In this document: positions 42,113-45,585 of the stretch, one piece after another
How the letters are laid out: every line of letters starts with the position of its first letter
Position numbering within the stretch: position 1 is the stretch's first letter
Assembly (NCBI GenBank): GCA_045659845.1
Contig: JAZRCQ010000081.1
Coordinates: 1-45,585, forward strand
Source of the DNA: Eubacteriales bacterium
GTDB lineage: Bacteria > Bacillota > Clostridia > Oscillospirales > CAG-272
Length of the DNA: 45,585 nucleotides
Direction: 5' to 3'
The notes under the pieces: model-generated
Told to the model about the DNA's origin: nothing
Seen by the model: only the letters and a program-made list of their open reading frames with translations
The model's database searches: none
Position numbers and translations under genes: made by a program

Positions 42113-42427
42113 ATGAGGATCGAGCATCATAAGCTGGTGCGGGATGAGATTCCCGCGCTGATCCGCGCCTGCGGAGGCACCTGCTCGGTGCGCCGGCTGG
42201 AGGGCGAGGACTATCTGCAGGCCTTGGATCGCAAGCTGAGCGAGGAGCTGCGGGAATATCTGGAGTCGGGTGAGGTCGAGGAGCTGGCCGATCTGGAGGA
42301 GGTGCTGTTGGCCATTTTGGCGGCCAAGGGTGTTTCCGTGGCGGAATTTGAGGAGCTTCGGCGGAGCAAGCTGGCTCTGCGGGGCGGCTTTGAAAACGGT
42401 GTATTTCTGGAATACGCGGAGGAATAA
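42113..42427 (+). CDS. MazG-like / phosphoribosyl-ATP pyrophosphohydrolase-like small NTP pyrophosphohydrolase
   Basis: 104 aa. The N-terminal HKLVRDEIP and acidic helices (EELREYLESGEVEELADLEEVL) are typical of this all-alpha NTP-PPase family (from memory). Confidence 0.55.
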   Translation: MRIEHHKLVRDEIPALIRACGGTCSVRRLEGEDYLQALDRKLSEELREYLESGEVEELADLEEVLLAILAAKGVSVAEFEELRRSKLALRGGFENGVFLEYAEE

Positions 42428-42444
42428 GGAGAAAAGGAGCGCTT

Positions 42445-42984
42445 ATGGAACCAATGGATTGGATCACGCAGGGGATCGGCGTTGCGGCAATGGTGTTTGG
42501 CGGCTTGTCCTATCAGAGGAAGAGCCGCAGAGGGATCCTGCTTTTTCAGATGGTGGCGGCCATCCTGTTTGCCGTGCATTATCTGATGCTGGGATCGATT
42601 GTTGGCGGATTATTGAATGCCTTAGCCGTGGCAAGAGCCTTGGTGTATGGGTATCCGGAAAAAACCAAGGCGCAGAGCCTTTGGTGGGTGACGGGCTTCA
42701 CGGCGGGATATCTCGCGGCCTACGTTTTGTCCTTCGCGGTGTTCTCCAAGGAGCCCACGGCGGCGAATCTGATCATTGAGCTGTTGCCGGTGCTTGCCAT
42801 GACGGTGGCAACCGTCAGCTTTCGGTTGTCGGCCTCTATGGTGAGGAGGCTGGGGCTGATCGTTTCTCCCCTTTGGCTGATCTACAATGTGATCGGCGTT
42901 TCCATCGGCGGCATCTGCGCCGAGATCATCAATCTTGTTTCCATCCTTTTGGGGATCTGGAGACTGGACAGAAAAAAGAATTGA
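42445..42984 (+). CDS. YgjV-family inner membrane protein
   Basis: 179 aa with about 5 TM helices. The beginning resembles Imp-YgjV proteins (GIGVAAMVFGGLSYQRKSRRGILLFQ). Family assigned from memory. Confidence 0.55.
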   Translation: MEPMDWITQGIGVAAMVFGGLSYQRKSRRGILLFQMVAAILFAVHYLMLGSIVGGLLNALAVARALVYGYPEKTKAQSLWWVTGFTAGYLAAYVLSFAVFSKEPTAANLIIELLPVLAMTVATVSFRLSASMVRRLGLIVSPLWLIYNVIGVSIGGICAEIINLVSILLGIWRLDRKKN

Positions 42985-43048
42985 ATGCAGTGCTTTTTGT
43001 CCGCACGGGTTTATTGACAGTCAAAAACGTATCAAAAAGGAGTCCTCT

Positions 43049-44359
43049 ATGAAAATGCAAGCACCTATTTCCATTTATCAGATCGCGCTGAGAAGCTTTA
43101 CGCCCGACGGCACCTTTGCGGCGGCCACGCGCCTGCTGCCTCACGTTGCCTCGCTGGGCGTGAACACCATCTACGTTTGTCCCTTTTTCGCCGCCGAAAA
43201 CGTGGCGGATGAGGCAACGTGGAGCCAGCGGCAAAAGGCCTCTGCCACGGGGAATCCCAAAAACCCCTATAAGATCTCCGATTTCTTTGCCGTGGACGAG
43301 GAATACGGCACGGAGGAGGACGGAAAGGCCTTTGTGCGGGAAGCACACCGCGTGGGATTGAAGGTGCTTTTCGACCTGGTGTATGACCATTGCGGCAAAA
43401 CGGCGAGAATTCTGGAGGAGCATCCCGATTTTGTTGAGCGAAATGAGGATGGCAGCATTCGTTCCCCTGAGCGCTGGCCCTTTGCCAAGCTGAATTTTGA
43501 AAGTCCTGCTCTGCGGCGATATCTGAAGGACAATATGCAATGGCTGGTGCGCGATTGGGGCGTGGACGGCTTCCGATGCGACGTTGCCGATCTGGTTCCG
43601 CTGGATTTCTGGCGGGAATCCTTTGCGGAGCTGGCAGCCATCCGCGAGGATCTGATCCTGATCAATGAGGGAAAGAATCCCGACTATCTGGAGGCATTTC
43701 AGTGGGAATACGGCTTTGAATTCACCAACGTGATGCCGAAGATCTTCGGCGGCAACCTTCCCGCCACGCGATTGACGGAGTGCTATCAAAAGGATCGGGA
43801 GACCTACGGAGATGGGGCGAACCGTTTGCTTCGTTCGCTGGAAAATCACGATAAGGCCAGCGACGTCGGCTTGGATCGCATCGAGCGCACCATGACCTCG
43901 AAGGGCGTGGAGGCGGCTCTGGCGGTGGTTTACACCTTCCCGGGCGCACCCTTCCTTTGGAACGGCTGTGAGGTGGGAGACGATGCGGAGAATTCCATGT
44001 TTTCCAATCGGTTCTACGGTAGGAGAAGCCAGATCAATTGGTCGCGCGGGTTCACGGAGGAGGGGCAGAGAAGGCTTTCTGCCGTGCGCGCCTTCCATGC
44101 GTTGTATTCCTCCGAGGAGGCCCTGCGGGGAGAGATGACGTTTGTGGAGAACAGCTGCCCTGAGCAAGTGATCTCCTATTCCCGCGGAGAGGGAACGGAT
44201 CGGATCCTGGTGGTGGTCAACGCCAAGGGTACGCCCTGCCGCGTGAGCGTGGAGGCCAAGTGCGGCGACAGACTGCTGTCCCGCGATTGTGAGGCGGAGA
44301 CCAACGGCTCCGCTCTGCAGCTGGGGGCCTACGGCTATCTGATCGCACGGGAGCTTTGA
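43049..44359 (+). CDS. GH13 alpha-amylase family enzyme (cytoplasmic)
   Basis: AAAGGAG RBS. Conserved GH13 regions DLVYDHCG (I), GFRCDVADLV (II), LINEGK (III), LENHD (IV). Confidence 0.85.
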   Translation: MKMQAPISIYQIALRSFTPDGTFAAATRLLPHVASLGVNTIYVCPFFAAENVADEATWSQRQKASATGNPKNPYKISDFFAVDEEYGTEEDGKAFVREAHRVGLKVLFDLVYDHCGKTARILEEHPDFVERNEDGSIRSPERWPFAKLNFESPALRRYLKDNMQWLVRDWGVDGFRCDVADLVPLDFWRESFAELAAIREDLILINEGKNPDYLEAFQWEYGFEFTNVMPKIFGGNLPATRLTECYQKDRETYGDGANRLLRSLENHDKASDVGLDRIERTMTSKGVEAALAVVYTFPGAPFLWNGCEVGDDAENSMFSNRFYGRRSQINWSRGFTEEGQRRLSAVRAFHALYSSEEALRGEMTFVENSCPEQVISYSRGEGTDRILVVVNAKGTPCRVSVEAKCGDRLLSRDCEAETNGSALQLGAYGYLIAREL

Positions 44360-44427
44360 ATCCGGTGCATGAAGATCTGCCGGACGGGCCATGCTAAGAT
44401 GGAAACAAAAAAAACGAGGAGGTATCT

Positions 44428-45462
44428 ATGAAAATTGCTTTTTTTGACACGAAGCCCTATGATAAGTCCTCCTTTGAGCGGATCGGACGCGAAAGGGGCA
44501 TCGAATTCAAATATTATGAAACCAAGCTCACCGAGGACACGGTGGAGCTGGCACGCGGGGCGGACGGCGTTTGCGTGTTTGTGAACGACGTGGTGAACGC
44601 TGCCGTGATCGACCGTTTGGTGGAGATCGGCGTTCGCGTGGTGGCGCTTCGGTGCGCCGGCTTCAACAACGTGGATATGAAGCACGCCTTCGGGCGCATT
44701 CACGTGGTGCGCGTGCCTGCCTATTCGCCCTATGCCGTGGCGGAGCACACGATGGCGTTGCTGCTCACCTCGGTTCGCAGGATCCATAAGGCTTATATCC
44801 GCACCCGCGATTTCAATTTCAGTCTGGCGGGGATGACGGGCTTTGATCTGCACGGAAAAACCGTTGGCGTGGTGGGAACGGGCCGCATCGGTCGGGTGTT
44901 TATCGATATCTGCCGCGGCTTCGGCATGAAGGTGCTGGCCTATGATAAGTTTCCCGCGGAGGGGCTGGACAACGGCGATACGATCCGCTACGTGGAGCTG
45001 GACGAGCTGTTTGCGGAAAGTGATATCATCTCCCTGCATTGTCCGCTCACGGAGGACACCTACCATCTCATCAACGCCGAAGCCATTGAAAAATGCAGGC
45101 GAGGCGTGGTTTTGCTCAACACCTCCCGCGGTGCGTTGGTGGATGCGGAGGCTCTGCTGGCGGGGATCAAGTCCCGCAGGATCGGCGCGGCCTGTCTCGA
45201 TGTGTATGAGGAGGAATCGGAGTTCTTCTTCGAGGATTTCTCGGGGCACATTCTGGAGGATGACGTGCTGGCGCGTCTGATCTCCATGCCGAACGTGATC
45301 GTGTCCTCCCATCAGGCCTTCCTCACGGAGGAGGCGCTGGTGAATATTGCGGAAACCACCGTGCAGAACCTTCTGGATCTGTCCGAGCGCGGACAGTGCG
45401 CCAATGAGCTTTGCTATCGCGGAGGCTCGGCAGAGGACTGCAGAAGCGGAAGGTGCTTCTGA
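44428..45462 (+). CDS. ldhA: D-lactate dehydrogenase (D-isomer-specific 2-hydroxyacid dehydrogenase)
   Basis: GAGGAGG RBS. Near-collinear similarity to E. coli LdhA from memory (ALRCAGFNNVD, VVRVPAYSPYAVAEH, GVVGTGRIG, SSHQAFLTEEAL). An extra 14 to 15-aa Cys-containing C-terminal tail. Confidence 0.85.
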   Translation: MKIAFFDTKPYDKSSFERIGRERGIEFKYYETKLTEDTVELARGADGVCVFVNDVVNAAVIDRLVEIGVRVVALRCAGFNNVDMKHAFGRIHVVRVPAYSPYAVAEHTMALLLTSVRRIHKAYIRTRDFNFSLAGMTGFDLHGKTVGVVGTGRIGRVFIDICRGFGMKVLAYDKFPAEGLDNGDTIRYVELDELFAESDIISLHCPLTEDTYHLINAEAIEKCRRGVVLLNTSRGALVDAEALLAGIKSRRIGAACLDVYEEESEFFFEDFSGHILEDDVLARLISMPNVIVSSHQAFLTEEALVNIAETTVQNLLDLSERGQCANELCYRGGSAEDCRSGRCF

Positions 45463-45482
45463 AGAAGAGCCTGAACAAAGAG

Positions 45483-45519
45483 GCCGCTTTGCGACGAACG
45501 GATCGCAAAGCGGCTTTTT
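45483..45519 (+). terminator. Rho-independent terminator
   Basis: GCCGCTTTGCGA (45483..45494) pairs with TCGCAAAGCGGC (45503..45514). Followed by TTTTT. Confidence 0.85.
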
Positions 45520-45585
45520 CGCGCAAACGGAAGTGCGGAAGGAAGCCTCCGCAGGCTCAAAACAGCCGAGCGGAGGGAGAACTCG

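Noticed and set aside
42113-42984. MazG-like small protein + YgjV membrane protein as a toxin-antitoxin or anti-phage pair
   Set aside because: Neither has a toxin-like fold or a partner typical of known systems. Both are common housekeeping-type families, and the pair has an ordinary promoter and no mobile context.
43008-43023. TTGACAGTCAA inverted repeat upstream of the GH13 gene as an operator or promoter
   Set aside because: No -10 element lies at a workable spacing. The 5-1-5 palindrome is too short to distinguish from chance, and it does not match cre or LacI-type consensus sequences as I remember them.
40388-45312. Minus-strand ORFs 40388..42130 (580 aa), 42929..44392 (487 aa) and 44335..45312 (325 aa)
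   Set aside because: They are antisense to the CNNM genes, GH13 and ldhA. The first also spans a terminator and promoter. No motifs are present.
44428-45462. Cys-containing C-terminal extension of LdhA (CYRGGSAEDCRSGRCF) as a functional redox or metal tail
   Set aside because: It is only about 15 aa and lies directly before the stop. It could equally be lineage-specific drift, and without homologue alignment there is nothing to support a function.
1-45585. Search for rRNA, tRNA, CRISPR arrays, transposases/integrases, phage genes, inverted terminal repeats, toxin-antitoxin pairs or known defence-system genes
   Set aside because: No regularly spaced direct repeats and no cloverleaf-like or rRNA-like segments were noticed. 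No ORF carries recombinase, nuclease-helicase, ATPase or abortive-infection signatures. The island looks metabolic rather than mobile or defensive.

Overview
45.6-kb GC-rich chromosomal segment (my estimate by eye is high-50s % GC). Its expression signals look Firmicutes/Clostridia-like: GGAGG-type RBSs, many TTGACA-N17-TGnTATAAT extended -10 promoters, lipobox lipoproteins and GC-rich hairpin terminators. I call 36 CDS, 34 of them on the + strand. I found no rRNA, tRNA, CRISPR array, transposase, integrase or phage gene, and nothing resembling a known defence system. The content is an accessory carbohydrate and redox island. It holds cytoplasmic glycosidases (GH31, GHL6/GH42-like, GH127-like, GH3, GH29, GH13), a rhaBAD L-rhamnose operon, beta-phosphoglucomutase and an AraC regulator. 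It also holds an unusually dense set of phosphoester hydrolases: a metallophosphoesterase, a PHP protein, an EEP lipoprotein, a CX5R phosphatase, two GDPD domains and two MBL-fold paralogs. The items most worth follow-up are these. (1) A translationally coupled FMN/4Fe-4S ene-reductase-like subunit, SDR and stand-alone FRD/NadB-type flavoprotein. (2) A NagZ-type GH3 gene overlapping a beta-phosphoglucomutase gene. (3) A nitrilase-superfamily::GDPD fusion protein. (4) A shared operator-like motif placed identically upstream of two promoters that flank the AraC gene. (5) A consensus promoter driving about 250 nt of structured non-coding sequence. (6) His/Cys zinc-ribbon-like modules shared by a lipoprotein and a beta-helix surface protein. 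All functional calls rest on motifs read from the translations and on remembered family signatures. No database search was possible, so family names are hypotheses to confirm by HMM/BLAST.
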